Source: Mobula birostris (Eukaryota). Taken from it: a DNA stretch of 64,000 bases. Within the stretch, counting starts at the first letter, position 1. Each line of letters begins with the position of its first letter. This document shows positions 62,290 to 64,000 of the stretch, piece by piece. The notes beneath the pieces are model-generated. The model was not told where the DNA came from and did no database searches. It saw nothing but the letters and a program-made list of their open reading frames with translations. The stretch is taken from the NCBI RefSeq assembly GCF_030028105.1, contig NC_092378.1:108055731-108119730 (forward strand), given 5' to 3'. The position numbers were made by a program, and so were the translations under genes.

Positions 62290-62856
62290 AGAATTCGAGC
62301 AACACGCATAAAAGTTCCTGGTGAATGCAGCAGGCCAGGCAGCATGGAAGAGGTACAGTCGACGTTTCGGGCTGAGACCCTTCGTCAGGACTAACTGAAG
62401 GAAGAGCTAGTAAGAGATTTGAAAGTGGGAGGGGGAGGGAGAGATCCAAAATGATAGGAGAAGACAGGAGGGGGAGGGATGGAGCCAAGAGCTGGACAGG
62501 TGATTGGCAAAAGGGATATGAGGGGATCATGGGACAGGAGGCCCAGAGAGAAGGAAAAGGGGGAGGGGGGGAAACCCCAGAGGATGGGCAAGGGGTATAG
62601 TCAGAGGGACAGAGGGAGAAAAAGGAGAGAGAGAGAAAGAATGTCTGTATATAAATAAAAAACGGATGGGGTACGAGGGGGAGGCGGGGCATTAGCGGAA
62701 GTTAGAGAAGTCAATGTTCATGCCATCAGGTTGGAGGCTACCCAGACGGAATATAAGGTGTTATTCCTCCAACCTGAGTGTGGCTTCATCTTTACAATAG
62801 AGGAGGCCATGGATAGACATATCAGAATGGGAATGGGACGTGGAATTAAAATGTGT
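62290..62856 (-). mobile_element. Penelope-like element 3' fragment, same subfamily as 15653
   Basis: Closely matches 15653-16170. 21-bp duplication at the truncation point (62817-62837, 62857-62877). Confidence 0.92.
62357..62392 (-). ncRNA. Minimal type I hammerhead ribozyme motif, core intact
   Basis: AGUC-CUGACGA-AGGGUCUCAGCCC-GAA-ACGU-C-GACU. Confidence 0.8.
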
Positions 62857-63067
62857 GACATATCAGAATGGGAATGGATTTTAATTTACACATTACGACA
62901 ACTCAAGCACAGTTAAATGCTTTTATTAGTAAGAATATAATTTCCTTTTTAAAAGTATTTACAAATGTACTATAAATGTTAATATAAACTATGCCAAGTC
63001 ATTGAAAGGCACTTGATAAATTCTTCATTTCTTCACTGAAGTTGCTCACAGTGTGTCCTTTCAGTCT

Positions 63068-64000
63068 TTAAATTTTGTTCTTCACAGAGGCATCTGGTAA
63101 AGCCTCTTCACCACTCTCGTCACCTTGACTCGATGCACATAACGTCGGAGAAGCTCACCAGCTGCTGCTTTTCAAAGTAAACACTCTCCAATGAATTGGG
63201 TAGTGGATTTTGAGTAGAGTGGTACTGTTCAGTACCTGTACGATCATATCTCAGAACCTGCGATCCATCCTCAACACAGGTGTATGGGCTGCCATTCTCT
63301 ATTCCCAAAAATTGATGAAGGTCTGGGAGAACACAGATTATCTTCTGCACCATCATGAACACCAACCAACCTGGAACTCTCATGGTGTTGATTTCCAGCA
63401 CTCAGGAGTGATATTGCTGAGTCTGACTGCAGAAACTGGAGTTGTTGCTGCTATTTATTGGGGGAAGGTAAATTGTGTGACATAGTTACACATCAACAAT
63501 GGTTGACAACTAGATGAATCAAATGACTAAATATGGGCAGATATACTGTTAATGTCCTAATATGATGAAGCCATCATTACAACAACCATATTTGAGCACA
63601 GTGTTTATCATCCCCTCAATAAATAGCAGCAACAACTCCAGTCAGACTCAGCAATATCACTCCTGAGTGCTGGAAATCAACACCATGAGAGTTCCAGGTT
63701 GGTTGGTGTTCATGATGGTGCAGAAGATAATCTGTGTTCTCCCAGACCTTCATCAATTTTTTGGAATAGAGAATGGCAGCCCATACACCTGTGTCGAGGA
63801 TGGATCGCAGGTTCTGAGATATGATCGTACAGGTACTGAACGGTACCACTCCACTCAAAATCCACTACCCAATTCATTGGAGAGTGTTTACTTTGAAAAG
63901 CAGCAGCTGGTGAGCTTCTCCGATGTTATGTGCATCGAGTCAAGGTGACGAGAGTGGTGAAGAGGCTTTACCAGATGCCTCTGTGAAGAACAAAATTTAA
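63068..64000. repeat. Long inverted repeat: arms ~63068-63465 and ~63611-64000 (right arm runs off the window), spacer ~145 bp
   Basis: ORFs 63120-63401(-) and 63667-63948(+) differ at 2 of 93 aa. By eye about 5 substitutions plus a 9-bp indel over ~390 bp. Confidence 0.97.

Noticed and set aside
63120-63948. Two 93-aa ORFs as confident CDS
   Set aside because: GTG start immediately after a stop and no recognisable domain. Their identity reflects the inverted duplication, not selection.
1-64000. CRISPR array, operon or other prokaryotic or viral system
   Set aside because: No regularly spaced repeats and very low coding density; all recognisable peptides are vertebrate transposon remnants.

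Overview
Eukaryotic, AT-rich, CpG-depleted, repeat-dense non-coding DNA with one assembly gap (41482-41964). The repeat repertoire (CR1, Rex1/Babar, RTE, L1, Neptune-type Penelope-like elements, V-SINE/HE1-like SINEs) suggests a cartilaginous fish, probably a ray; this is an inference. I recognise no intact host gene, and the region looks like a long intron or intergenic DNA. Nearly all recognisable ORFs are transposon remnants. Main points of interest: (1) ten copies of a 36-nt minimal hammerhead ribozyme motif in Penelope-like terminal repeats, three with an intact core, two of them locked in one TSD-flanked palindrome (45918-46196); (2) a multi-level nest of CR1, antisense CR1, Penelope and solo LTR (14.2-20.5 kb); (3) a ~98% identical inverted duplication of a terminal-exon-like unique segment beside a Penelope truncation (62878-64000); (4) a Tigger4/MER46-like DNA transposon, Tc1 elements whose ends are mini-palindromes, and tRNA-head SINEs with different RTE-type tails. 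Family names come from recalled motifs, not database searches. Boundaries of old elements are approximate.
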